This document shows, piece after piece, positions 27,711 through 36,928 of a stretch of 55,282 bases of DNA. Positions within the stretch are counted from its first letter, which is position 1. Every line of letters starts with the position of its first letter. The position numbers and the translations under genes were made by a program. The stretch is taken from NCBI GenBank assembly GCA_964411325.1, contig CAYPKM010000001.1, positions 1-55,282 of the forward strand. Direction: 5' to 3'. The stretch comes from an uncultured Christensenella sp. (GTDB lineage Bacteria; Bacillota; Clostridia; Christensenellales; UBA1242). The notes beneath the pieces were generated by a model. That model was given only the letters and a program-made list of their open reading frames with translations. It did not search any database and was not told the origin of the DNA.

Positions 27711-29063
27711 ATGAAAAATGATTACCAATTATATGAAACTACTTTGTCTCAAGATTTGCCAATACTTCAGACCAAGTATACTCTATACAAAAGGATTATT
27801 AATATAACTATGTCTGCCATAACCCAAAGACATCTTGATTATGATATTATGTTAAAAGCATTAAATAAGACTGTCGAGAGAAATGATTGTGCTAGACTTA
27901 GATTTGTAAAAAAGAAGGGCAAGATAATGCAATACTTTTTGCCCAAGTTTGAATATGAGAATATGACTTATAGACATTTTGATGATAAGGTGGCTCAAGA
28001 GAAGTTTATCTCAAAGGAAGTTCATACTGCAGTCAAGTATATGAAAGGCGAAGTTTTGAAACCATACTTTATAGAGACTTATGACAATAAATTTATGATT
28101 ATCCTAAAGGTCTGTCATATTAATTTTGATTTGTATGGCTTAAATATATTTTTCAAAGATTTGTTTGATGTGTATGAATGCTTGGAAAAGGGAAAAGAAT
28201 TGCCAAAAAGTCCTCTTCCTTTTGAGAATGTCATAAAGAAAGATTTGGAGCACAAAAACGATAAGGAATATTTCGCGAAAAACGAGAAGTTCTTTGATGA
28301 ATATTTACGGGCGAGGAGTCAGCCATATTATGCTGGACTTCACGGCAAGAAAGGCAAACATTATGAAAAGATGATTGACAAGGGCAAGCATTCTATGCGA
28401 ATGTTTTTCTTGAAAAACGATACAAAGGGATATATGCACGATATACCAGACGCTGTGACTGCCAAGTTGCTTGAATACTGCCAAGAAAACAAAATATCCC
28501 CAGCCAATTATTTGCTTTTCGCTTTTAGTGTAGTTCAAGCAAAAATGAATGATGTATACAATCTAATGCCTTTGGAACTTTGCAATTGCAGAGGAACTAT
28601 TAGTGAAAAACTCTCAGCAGGAACCAAAGTTCAAAGTTTGGCTTGCTATACGACTATTCATCCCGAAATGGATTTCGATGAAAATTTGAAACAATTCTGC
28701 GAAAACCAAATGCTACTGTATAAGCACATCGGATTCTCAGATACAGCCTTTCAAATGATGAGTCACAAAATTTATAATAGTTCGCTTTTGGGAACATTCT
28801 ATTCTTTGACCTTTTCATTTATCCCAATGGATATACCGGATGGCATAGAATTTGGGGTGTTTAGCAATGGCAAATGTGCATTGCCAGCATATATAGCCGT
28901 TGTCTTTGATATCAAGAAAAAGAGTATGAAAATAGTTTACGATTGTCAAACGCAATTGATGGATGATGAAGATATTAGACATTTCCATAATGAACTTATG
29001 AAGACTTTGAAAGTGGTTTTGGAAAATCCAAAGACCAAGATAGAAAAACTAAAGATTAAATAA
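27711..29063 (+). CDS. Standalone NRPS-type condensation-domain protein
   Basis: The ATG at 27711 has an AAGGAGG RBS. 'VCHINFDLYG' fits the HHxxxDG-type core. About 450 aa, the size of a C domain. Confidence 0.6.
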   Translation: MKNDYQLYETTLSQDLPILQTKYTLYKRIINITMSAITQRHLDYDIMLKALNKTVERNDCARLRFVKKKGKIMQYFLPKFEYENMTYRHFDDKVAQEKFISKEVHTAVKYMKGEVLKPYFIETYDNKFMIILKVCHINFDLYGLNIFFKDLFDVYECLEKGKELPKSPLPFENVIKKDLEHKNDKEYFAKNEKFFDEYLRARSQPYYAGLHGKKGKHYEKMIDKGKHSMRMFFLKNDTKGYMHDIPDAVTAKLLEYCQENKISPANYLLFAFSVVQAKMNDVYNLMPLELCNCRGTISEKLSAGTKVQSLACYTTIHPEMDFDENLKQFCENQMLLYKHIGFSDTAFQMMSHKIYNSSLLGTFYSLTFSFIPMDIPDGIEFGVFSNGKCALPAYIAVVFDIKKKSMKIVYDCQTQLMDDEDIRHFHNELMKTLKVVLENPKTKIEKLKIK

Positions 29064-29075
29064 GAGAGGTTTTTT

Positions 29076-30800
29076 ATGTACAAAACAGAAAGACAAATGA
29101 ATAAAAATAGATTATTAAAAGATGGCGATTATGAAAATTTGCGTCAAATATTTGAGCGAGTTGCGACTTTTATGCCAGAAACAAATATTTTGGCAGAATT
29201 AAATGACAAAAAAGAAATTGTCTATCATAATGCCAAAGAGATGTCTGAAACATTCTTTGCAATAGGCGAGGGATTAATTTGTAATGGCTTTGAGGGCAAA
29301 CATATAGCCATTGTTGCTACTAATTCTTATAGATATGTATTGACAGATGTTGCTATCGCTAGTGGCGTGGGCGTAGTGACTCCTATAGATAGAGATGCAA
29401 ATGGTGAATTGCTTGCAACACTTCTTGCCAAAGTGGATGCTGAAGTTGCAATTGTTTCTAGTGATGTTTTGGAAAAAATTGTAAATGTCCAAAAGAATTA
29501 CAAAAAATTAAAAAAGATTATAGTTATAGACAAAGTAATTGATGGATATTTGTCTTTGGACAAAATTATAGAAGATGGCAAAAATGTAGAAAAACGAGTT
29601 TTTGCCAATAAAAAACTAAAATTAAATGACCCTTGCGAGATTCTTTTGACATCGGGGACAACTGGTGCAAACAAATGTGTAATAATGACACAAAAGAATA
29701 TGACAGCCAATGTGCTTAATTGTATGAATACCATTAAAGGAACAGACAAGAAAAACACATCTATGTCAATTTTGCCTATGCACCACGCAACCGAGATTAA
29801 TACACACATTTTGCCAAGAATTGCTAGTGGACGACTAACTTATATTAGTAGTTCTATGAAAGATATGATGAATAATATCAAGATATTCAAACCATACGTT
29901 ATAACTGTTGTTCCAATGATTGCCAATGCTTTCTACAAAAATATTTGGTTAAATGCCAAAAAAGCAGGCAAGGCAGAAAAATTGCAAAAGGGCATTAAAC
30001 TTTGTAATCTTCTCAATAAATTTGGCATAGATATTACTCACAAATTATTCAAAGACGTTTTCACTCCATTTGGTGGCAATTTGTGTCAAATAGTTTGCGG
30101 AGGTGCACCACTAAATCCAGAAGTTGTATCGGGGCTCAAAGATTTGGGAATTTATATAGTCAATGGCTTTGGCATTACCGAGTGTGGACCTTTGGTTTCT
30201 ATGAATACAGAAACGGACAAAGAAGTGTATTCTATAGGCAAGCCTTGTAATGGACTAAAAATAAAAATTGCAGACGCCGACGAAGATGGCGTGGGCGAAT
30301 TGTGTGTGAAAGGTGACAGCGTATCAAAGGCTTATTACAAAGATGAAAAAGGCACAAAGGAAGTACACGATAGTGATGGATTTTTCCATACAGGAGATTT
30401 GGTTAGAATGGACAAAAAGGGTAGATTGTTCATCGCTGGTCGAAAGAAAAATTTGATAGTGCTAAGCAATGGCAAAAATGTATTCCCAGAAGAATTGGAA
30501 ACTGGAATTGTCAATAGTTTCCCTTATATCAAAGATGTAGTTGTGTTCGAGGGGGATTATCTCAAGAACAAAGAAAAAATTCAAACCATTGTTGCTATGT
30601 TTAATATTGATGAAAAAGAAAAAGTAACAGCAGAAAAGATATTGGAAGACTTCCGCGAATTCAACAAAACCTTGCCAGCGTACAAAAGAATAGGTTATTT
30701 GGAGATTATCAATGAGGAATTTGAAAAGAATGCTACCAAGAAAATTATTCGTGCAGAGGCAATCAAAAAACACGATACACAAAAAGGAATAATTGTATAG
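29076..30800 (+). CDS. Acyl-AMP/acyl-CoA ligase (ANL superfamily, long-chain fatty-acid ligase-like)
   Basis: 'LLTSGTTGANKCV', 'NGFGITECGP', 'FHTGDLVRMDKKGRLFIAGRKKNLIVLSNGKNVFPEELE'. Confidence 0.8.
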   Translation: MYKTERQMNKNRLLKDGDYENLRQIFERVATFMPETNILAELNDKKEIVYHNAKEMSETFFAIGEGLICNGFEGKHIAIVATNSYRYVLTDVAIASGVGVVTPIDRDANGELLATLLAKVDAEVAIVSSDVLEKIVNVQKNYKKLKKIIVIDKVIDGYLSLDKIIEDGKNVEKRVFANKKLKLNDPCEILLTSGTTGANKCVIMTQKNMTANVLNCMNTIKGTDKKNTSMSILPMHHATEINTHILPRIASGRLTYISSSMKDMMNNIKIFKPYVITVVPMIANAFYKNIWLNAKKAGKAEKLQKGIKLCNLLNKFGIDITHKLFKDVFTPFGGNLCQIVCGGAPLNPEVVSGLKDLGIYIVNGFGITECGPLVSMNTETDKEVYSIGKPCNGLKIKIADADEDGVGELCVKGDSVSKAYYKDEKGTKEVHDSDGFFHTGDLVRMDKKGRLFIAGRKKNLIVLSNGKNVFPEELETGIVNSFPYIKDVVVFEGDYLKNKEKIQTIVAMFNIDEKEKVTAEKILEDFREFNKTLPAYKRIGYLEIINEEFEKNATKKIIRAEAIKKHDTQKGIIV

Positions 30801-30810
30801 GAGAAAGACT

Positions 30811-31032
30811 ATGGATAAATTGAAAGAGATTATTAGTTTGTATACAGGCGTATCGCCTATGGATATCGATGACAAAATGAGTTTGTCTGGAGACATAGGG
30901 TTGGATTCGTTTAGCATTATATCAATGATTTGTGATATAGAAGAAAGTTTTGATATAAGCATTCCAGAGAGTGAGATTACCAAATTTCAGACTTTGGATG
31001 ATTTGTACAATTACATAAATAAGGTTGCATAA
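30811..31032 (+). CDS. Acyl/peptidyl carrier protein
   Basis: 73 aa. 'DIGLDSFSIISMI' is a phosphopantetheine-Ser motif. AGGAGA RBS. The track start at 30793 is rejected. Confidence 0.7.
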   Translation: MDKLKEIISLYTGVSPMDIDDKMSLSGDIGLDSFSIISMICDIEESFDISIPESEITKFQTLDDLYNYINKVA

Positions 31033-31066
31033 AAAATCCCCAACCAAATAATTGGATGGGGTTAAA
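31031..31066. terminator. Bidirectional terminator shared by the carrier-protein gene and the micro-ORF
   Basis: ccccaaccaa (31037-31046) / ttggatgggg (31051-31060) with one mismatch. An A-run lies before it and T/A-rich sequence after. Confidence 0.6.
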
Positions 31067-31067
31067 A

Positions 31068-31205
31068 CTAGGTTGTAGATATTGAATTGGTTGTGTTTAA
31101 ATATACAGTTGATATTGTTCTTCTATTAATTATTACAAAGGGATTTGAGCAACAACAAGTATTTGTATTGCAACCACTACATCTATTTCGCGAAAAACAA
31201 CACAT
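31068..31205 (-). CDS. Unlisted 45-aa Cys-rich micro-ORF
   Basis: Hand translation gives MCCFSRNRCSGCNTNTCCCSNPFVIINRRTISTVYLNTTNSISTT, then a stop. An AAGGAG RBS lies 7 nt upstream of ATG 31205. A terminator follows immediately. It is below the 60-aa cutoff of the track. Confidence 0.5.
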   Translation of the reverse strand: MCCFSRNRCSGCNTNTCCCSNPFVIINRRTISTVYLNTTNSISTT

Positions 31206-31344
31206 ACACCACTCCTTGAAAATATTGGGGCATAATTATCCCCACTTTATATTATGCTAGGGGAGAGTCAATTAGTGTTAATTAATTGCTAAATAATTGT
31301 ATTTGTGCTAAGATATTAAAAGTTTTGAAAGGAGAGGTTTGTAG

Positions 31345-31989
31345 ATGAAAATTATCAAGATTGTAGGTGGTGGCGAGATTAGGCGTTTTGGTCAAAATAC
31401 ATATCTTATAGCAGATGGCGAGGATGCTATTTTGATTGACGGCAGTGCTAGCGTTAATGAAGTTCAAAAAAATTTAAGTATGTTTAATCCCAAACCAAAA
31501 CTAAAAGCAATCTTTTTGACTCATTCGCATTTTGACCATATTTATCAATTGTCGCAATTGGTGGAGAAATTTGAGTGTGTGGTTTATACCAATAAGTTTG
31601 GTCAAGATATTTTGAAAGACAAAGACAAAAATCTTTCTATTTTCCTCAAAAATCCTTTTGAGTTCAAAGAGAAGAATTGCATTAGGATATTTGGTGATGA
31701 TGAAGAAATTTGCATTGGAGATATCAAAGTTCATTGTTATCTAACGCCGGGACATTCATTGGATAGTGCTTGCTTTGAGATAAAGGGCAATATGTTTACA
31801 GGCGATACTATCCACAAAAATTGCATTGGAAGAGTTGATTTGATAGGTGGGGATGCTCACCAAATGAAAATTAGTTTGCAAAGGCTTAGGAATGTTTTGG
31901 GCAAAGATATTGATACATTCTATCCCGGTCACGGCGAAAACTTTGATAATTCCATATTAAATTCTGTAGTTGATTATTATGTCAAATAA
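31345..31989 (+). CDS. Metallo-beta-lactamase-fold hydrolase (glyoxalase II-like)
   Basis: 'IFLTHSHFDHI' (HxHxDH), 'TPGHS', 'GDTI', 'PGHG'. Confidence 0.75.
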   Translation: MKIIKIVGGGEIRRFGQNTYLIADGEDAILIDGSASVNEVQKNLSMFNPKPKLKAIFLTHSHFDHIYQLSQLVEKFECVVYTNKFGQDILKDKDKNLSIFLKNPFEFKEKNCIRIFGDDEEICIGDIKVHCYLTPGHSLDSACFEIKGNMFTGDTIHKNCIGRVDLIGGDAHQMKISLQRLRNVLGKDIDTFYPGHGENFDNSILNSVVDYYVK

Positions 31990-31994
31990 TTTTA

Positions 31995-32023
31995 TTGACA
32001 ATAATTGTCTTCTGTGTTAAAAT
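31995..32023 (+). promoter_or_regulatory. Sigma-A promoter of the pheST leader
   Basis: TTGACA (31995-32000), 17 nt ending TGt, TAAAAT (32018-32023). Confidence 0.7.
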
Positions 32024-32039
32024 TTGAGTGTTCAAAAAG

Positions 32040-32287
32040 ACGAAGATTATGTTTTTAGTAGTGTAATGAGTTCGCCATATCAGAGAGAAATTGCCATAGG
32101 CTGAGAGCAATTTCGCGATTAAACTTTACACGAATTTCGCACATAGGAGTTGCTGGTAGGAAATGATCAGACGGGGTGATTTGCCGTAATACAAATTTAA
32201 GAGGAAAAGAATATTTCTTTTTGAAATAGGGTGGTACCACGGTTAATTCGTCCCTATGGTGTGCAAATACACCATAGGGATTTTTTT
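32040..32287 (+). promoter_or_regulatory. T-box leader (Phe) with terminator/antiterminator
   Basis: AGAGAG bulge (~32083), GCTGAGAG distal loop (~32100), F-box-like GCCGTAA (~32182), T-box 'AATAGGGTGGTACCACGG' (32225-32242). Terminator tccctatggtgt / acaccataggga (32251-32280) plus T7. UUC triplets at 32112-32114 and 32136-32138 are candidate specifiers. Confidence 0.85.
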
Positions 32288-32306
32288 GAAAATAGGAGAG
32301 GGTTTT

Positions 32307-33332
32307 ATGAGTAAATTAGATGATATTTTAATTGCATTTCAAGCAAAAGAAAAAGATGTAAAAAATGAAGAACAATTAAATGCTTTGCGAGCAGAATTTT
32401 TAGGCAAAAGTGGCGTTTTGACCGATGCTTTGAAAGGAATTAAAGATATTCCAAATCAAGAGAAAAAGGCATATGGCGAAGCCGTTAACAAATTGAAATT
32501 GCAAATAGAGGATGGAATCAAGGCTCTAGGTGATAGTATTCAAATGGAGATTTTGAATGAAAAATTGAAGAATACCAAAAAGATGGATTTGACTATTCCT
32601 TATTCCAAAGACAAAGGTAGTTTGCATCCAGTAACTATTGCTTCCAAAAAGGTGATAGAAGTCTTTAGGTCAATGGGTTTTGTGGTAGAAGATGGTGTGG
32701 AAGTAGAAACGGAATTCAATAATTTCGAGGCTGTTAATATTCCCAAAGACCATCCAGCGAGAGATACCCAAGATACTTTTTGGCTAAACAATGGGCAGGT
32801 GCTTAGAACTCATACTTCTGCCAACCAAAATAGAGTGATGAAAAAATATGGTGCTCCTCTTAGGGCGATTTTCCCGGGAAGATGCTATAGAAATGAGGCA
32901 ATGGACGCTAGTCACGATACGACTTTTTGGCAATGCGAAGGGATGGTGATAGACGAGAATATCAATATAGCCAATCTTATATTCTTTATGAAAACTATGC
33001 TTACCAAAGTTTTTGGCAAAGAGATTAATGTTCGTCTTAGACCGGGATTTTTCCCATTCACTGAGCCTAGTTTTGAATTGGATTGTACTTGTCCTTATTG
33101 TGATGGCGAGGGTTGTAGGGTATGCAAACAAGGTGGATGGATAGAACTTTGCCCTTGTGGAATGATTCACCCAGAGGTTTTGAGACTTGGTGGCATAGAT
33201 ACCGAAAAATATCAGGGCTTTGCCTTTGGACTAGGTCTTAGCAGACTAGCGATGATGAATAAAAATATTAGTAATATCAAAGTTATGAATGGTTGCAAAC
33301 TAAAAGAATTGCAACAGTCAAAAATTAAGTAA
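32307..33332 (+). CDS. pheS: Phenylalanine--tRNA ligase alpha subunit
   Basis: The ATG at 32307 follows AGGAGAGG. 'HPARDTQDTFW', 'LRTHTS', 'GRCYRNE', 'FPFTEPS', 'GFAFGLGLSRLAM'. The track start at 32256 lies inside the terminator. Confidence 0.95.
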   Translation: MSKLDDILIAFQAKEKDVKNEEQLNALRAEFLGKSGVLTDALKGIKDIPNQEKKAYGEAVNKLKLQIEDGIKALGDSIQMEILNEKLKNTKKMDLTIPYSKDKGSLHPVTIASKKVIEVFRSMGFVVEDGVEVETEFNNFEAVNIPKDHPARDTQDTFWLNNGQVLRTHTSANQNRVMKKYGAPLRAIFPGRCYRNEAMDASHDTTFWQCEGMVIDENINIANLIFFMKTMLTKVFGKEINVRLRPGFFPFTEPSFELDCTCPYCDGEGCRVCKQGGWIELCPCGMIHPEVLRLGGIDTEKYQGFAFGLGLSRLAMMNKNISNIKVMNGCKLKELQQSKIK

Positions 33333-33343
33333 AGGAGAAAGAT

Positions 33344-35707
33344 ATGTATATTTCGCTTAATTGGATTAAAGATTTCGTCGATTTGGATGGAATTGATGTG
33401 ATGAAATTAATCAAAGAGACTTTCACTCTCGCCGTTGCCGAGATTGAGGGTGTGGAAGAAATGGGCAAGGATTTGTCAGGCGTTGTTACTGCCAAGATTT
33501 TGTCAGTAGAGAATCATCCCAATTCTAATAAATTGCATATATTAAAAGTTGATAAGGGTGATGAAATTGTTGATATAGTTTGTGGTGCTCCTAATGTAAG
33601 AGAGGGGATGATTGTGCCACTTGCAACCATTGGTGCACGCGTTGCAGGGATGACTATTGCTTCGGCTAGTTTGGCAGGAGTGGAGTCTAATGGAATGTGT
33701 TGTAGCGCTAGAGAATTAGGAATATCGGATGACCATAGTGGACTTTTCCAATTTGATAGTAATACTAAACTTGGCGTGGATGTTAAAAGGTTGCTTCCTA
33801 TAGAGGATATTGTATTCGAAATTGACAATAAGAGTTTGACCAATAGACCAGACCTTTGGGGACATTATGGAATTGCTAGAGAGATATCTGCTTTGACAGG
33901 TAGACCACTCAAGAAATTGCCACTTTGTGAAGACCAAACTAGTTCAATGCCAAAATTGGATGTCAAAGTGAGCAGTCCAACTTGTTATAGATATACTTCT
34001 GCGACTATGGGAAATATTACCCAAAATGTTTCTCCTATGGAAATGCAAATACGTTTGTATTATACGGGGATGAGAGCCATCAATATGTTAGCCGATGTTA
34101 CAAATTATGTAATGCTTGAGTTGGGTCAACCTATGCACGCATTCAATAACGATTTGGTCAAGTCTGTAGAAGTGAAAGACATTGCAAGCGATACAGAGTT
34201 TGTAACTCTTGATGGCGAAAAGAGGGTTTTGCCCAAAGATACTATGGTAATTATGGGCAGTGGTGAATTGTCTGCTATTGCAGGAGTAATGGGTGGACTT
34301 GATAGCGAAATCAAAGAGGGTACAAATAGCGTACTTATTGAGAGTGCTTGTTTCAATTCTGCCAAAGTTAGAAGAACTGCAACAAGTTTGGGTTTGAGGA
34401 CGGAGGCTAGTGCTAGATACGAAAAATCTCTAGACCCTGAACTTACTATGACAGCACTTAAAAGATATATGTATTTAATTAAATCTATTGATAGTGGCGC
34501 TACAATTACTAGCGACATTACAGATGTATACAATTATCATTACGACCCAAAAACTATAGATGTTACATTGGATTACATTAATAATTATATTGGAAAAGAT
34601 ATTCCAAAAGATTTCGTAATTAAGACTTTGAATGCTTTGGAATTTGGTGTAGAAGAAAAAGATGGGAATTTAAAAATTCAAGTACCAACATTTAGGGCTA
34701 CCAAAGATATTCAAGGTAGACCAGATATTATAGAAGAAGTGGCTAGAATATATGGCTATGACAATATCCAGCCAAAGAGTTGTTTGATGGATGTAATTCC
34801 TGTAGATTTGCAGAGAAAAATCGCTGACGAATATGATATTAAATATACTCTTGCGACCAAATTTAATTTGAGCGAAATACATACTTATTTGTGGTATGAT
34901 TACGAGACCAATAAGTATTTGGGTATTAGTCCAAAAAGTTATTTGAGAGTAATTAATTCTCTTCAAAAATACAATGATGAATTAAGAAGTACGCTAGTGC
35001 CATCGCAATTAAAGGCTGTAATAGACAACAAAGAAGACTTCGCTAAGTTTGGACTTTTTGAAATAGGCAGTGCAATTGTTGGACTAGACGAGAAAGGAAA
35101 TAGTGTAGAACACAAAAAGTTGTGTGTGACTTTGTATGATAAAAATGAAAATATTGATAGACTTCTTGATTTGAAAGAGATGATAGAATATACCTGCAAC
35201 GAGGTTATCCAAACACCTATCAAGTTTGCTATTGGAGAATGTTCTATTGATTATATCTCTCCTGTCAATTATTATGATATTTTCGCTGGAGACAAAAAGA
35301 TTGGATTTATAGGACTTGTACACCCTCAAAAAAGTGTGCTAATAGACAAAAAGTGTAGTATATGCGTATGCGAGATTGACTTTAACGAACTAATATCTGT
35401 GCCAAAAGTCAATGTGCTTTATGAAAATGTATCCAAATATCCAACTAGCGAAATGGATTTTAATTTCTTGATAAATAGAGACAAAAGATACAATCAAATA
35501 GAGGAAATTGCTACATCTATCAAAACAGATATTAATTACAAAGTATCCTTGCTAGATATCTTTGATAATGGCGACGACACTATTAGTTATACCCTTCATT
35601 ATTGCTTGAGCAGAGATGATAGGACAATGACTGGGGAAGAAATAGAAGCCTTCCATACATTGGTAATAGATACATTTGCCAAAAATAATATCAGTTTGAA
35701 GTTGTAA
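33344..35707 (+). CDS. pheT: Phenylalanine--tRNA ligase beta subunit
   Basis: 'MYISLNWIKDFVDL', a tRNA-binding domain ('HPNSNKLHILKVD'), and B3/4, B5 and FDX-ACB order. 787 aa. Confidence 0.95.
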   Translation: MYISLNWIKDFVDLDGIDVMKLIKETFTLAVAEIEGVEEMGKDLSGVVTAKILSVENHPNSNKLHILKVDKGDEIVDIVCGAPNVREGMIVPLATIGARVAGMTIASASLAGVESNGMCCSARELGISDDHSGLFQFDSNTKLGVDVKRLLPIEDIVFEIDNKSLTNRPDLWGHYGIAREISALTGRPLKKLPLCEDQTSSMPKLDVKVSSPTCYRYTSATMGNITQNVSPMEMQIRLYYTGMRAINMLADVTNYVMLELGQPMHAFNNDLVKSVEVKDIASDTEFVTLDGEKRVLPKDTMVIMGSGELSAIAGVMGGLDSEIKEGTNSVLIESACFNSAKVRRTATSLGLRTEASARYEKSLDPELTMTALKRYMYLIKSIDSGATITSDITDVYNYHYDPKTIDVTLDYINNYIGKDIPKDFVIKTLNALEFGVEEKDGNLKIQVPTFRATKDIQGRPDIIEEVARIYGYDNIQPKSCLMDVIPVDLQRKIADEYDIKYTLATKFNLSEIHTYLWYDYETNKYLGISPKSYLRVINSLQKYNDELRSTLVPSQLKAVIDNKEDFAKFGLFEIGSAIVGLDEKGNSVEHKKLCVTLYDKNENIDRLLDLKEMIEYTCNEVIQTPIKFAIGECSIDYISPVNYYDIFAGDKKIGFIGLVHPQKSVLIDKKCSICVCEIDFNELISVPKVNVLYENVSKYPTSEMDFNFLINRDKRYNQIEEIATSIKTDINYKVSLLDIFDNGDDTISYTLHYCLSRDDRTMTGEEIEAFHTLVIDTFAKNNISLKL

Positions 35708-35721
35708 TTAGGGATAAGTGC

Positions 35722-35764
35722 AAAAAAAAGATTGGATTAGTGTTTTAATCCAATCTTTTTTTTG
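35722..35764. terminator. Bidirectional terminator
   Basis: aagattggatt (35729-35739) / aatccaatctt (35747-35757), flanked by A8 and T9 runs. Confidence 0.85.
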
Positions 35765-35770
35765 CATTTA

Positions 35771-36676
35771 TTAAGGCATTCTTTTTAGGGTTGAGAAATA
35801 TACTTTCTTTAGTCCTTTGACATCCATACTTGTAGCAACTAGCGAATTTGGCTCTCTGTCTGTGTAGAAATCCAACAAAGAATTGTTGACTTTCTTGACA
35901 TAAGTTATTTGAGTATTCATCTTTTCAATTCTGAATATTTTAGGATTGGTAATCATTGCTACTGCGACAGCATCGTGAAGTGCAATGCCTACAGTTACGT
36001 GGGTATCTTTGTAACTTTTGTAGATTTCATATAGCATCTCACCGGTTTTGCCCATTTTTCTAGTCTTCTCAATTTCCTCTTTGGTTAGATACCCATAATG
36101 TCCGTGGTCACTAGGACAAACAACCAATTTAAGACCACTTTGCCAAACCATTTGTGCAGCCTCAGGGTCTTGTTGAATATTAAATCCATAATATCTACTG
36201 CTTTGGTTATCCAAAAGCAATCCACCACTAAATAGCACGTAATCTATTTTTTCTTTTACTTCGGGATATTTGGATATTAGGGTTGCTATATTTGTAAGTG
36301 GCCCTAGTGCTACAATAATAATCTTTTGGTCAGAAGACATCAAAACTTCACGCATCTTTTCTACAGCAGGTGTTTTGATAGGTTTCAATTCACACTTAGG
36401 AAATTTCCAGTCGCCTAGCCCAGATTTGCCGTGTGCTTGAATGGAATTATCCTTTTTCCTAGCAATTGGACTCTCTGCCCCAATAGCCACAGGAATATCT
36501 CTAACGTCTATTGCTTGCAAAAAATTAAGTGTGTTTTTGGTTATTTTGTCAATAGTTACATTGCCACAAACGGTTGTTATTAGTTTGATATCCAAGTTTT
36601 TGGAATAAGTAGCAAGAGCCAAGGCAATAGCGTCATCAATGCCCGGGTCGGCATCTATAATAACTTGTTTTTTCAT
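35771..36676 (-). CDS. Nucleoside hydrolase (inosine/uridine-preferring family)
   Basis: N-terminal 'VIIDADPGIDDAIALALA' (DxDxxxDD). Confidence 0.85.
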   Translation of the reverse strand: MKKQVIIDADPGIDDAIALALATYSKNLDIKLITTVCGNVTIDKITKNTLNFLQAIDVRDIPVAIGAESPIARKKDNSIQAHGKSGLGDWKFPKCELKPIKTPAVEKMREVLMSSDQKIIIVALGPLTNIATLISKYPEVKEKIDYVLFSGGLLLDNQSSRYYGFNIQQDPEAAQMVWQSGLKLVVCPSDHGHYGYLTKEEIEKTRKMGKTGEMLYEIYKSYKDTHVTVGIALHDAVAVAMITNPKIFRIEKMNTQITYVKKVNNSLLDFYTDREPNSLVATSMDVKGLKKVYFSTLKRMP

Positions 36677-36928
36677 AATGTGTACCTCGCAGATAATATA
36701 TTTTATATGAATTTAAACACTTTTTTGTGTGATTAAGTCTAGTTAGTATACATTTTTTTTTGATAATTTCAAAATAAAATTGATTAACTTTGTCAAATTT
36801 GTATTCAAATTAAAAAGATTATTTTTGTTTGGTCGCTTGAAAACAATGCTTAATAAAATTTTAGCAAACAAATTGTATGTGTTTGACAAATTCTGAAAAA
36901 TCTATAAAAATATAAATGGAGGAAAACA

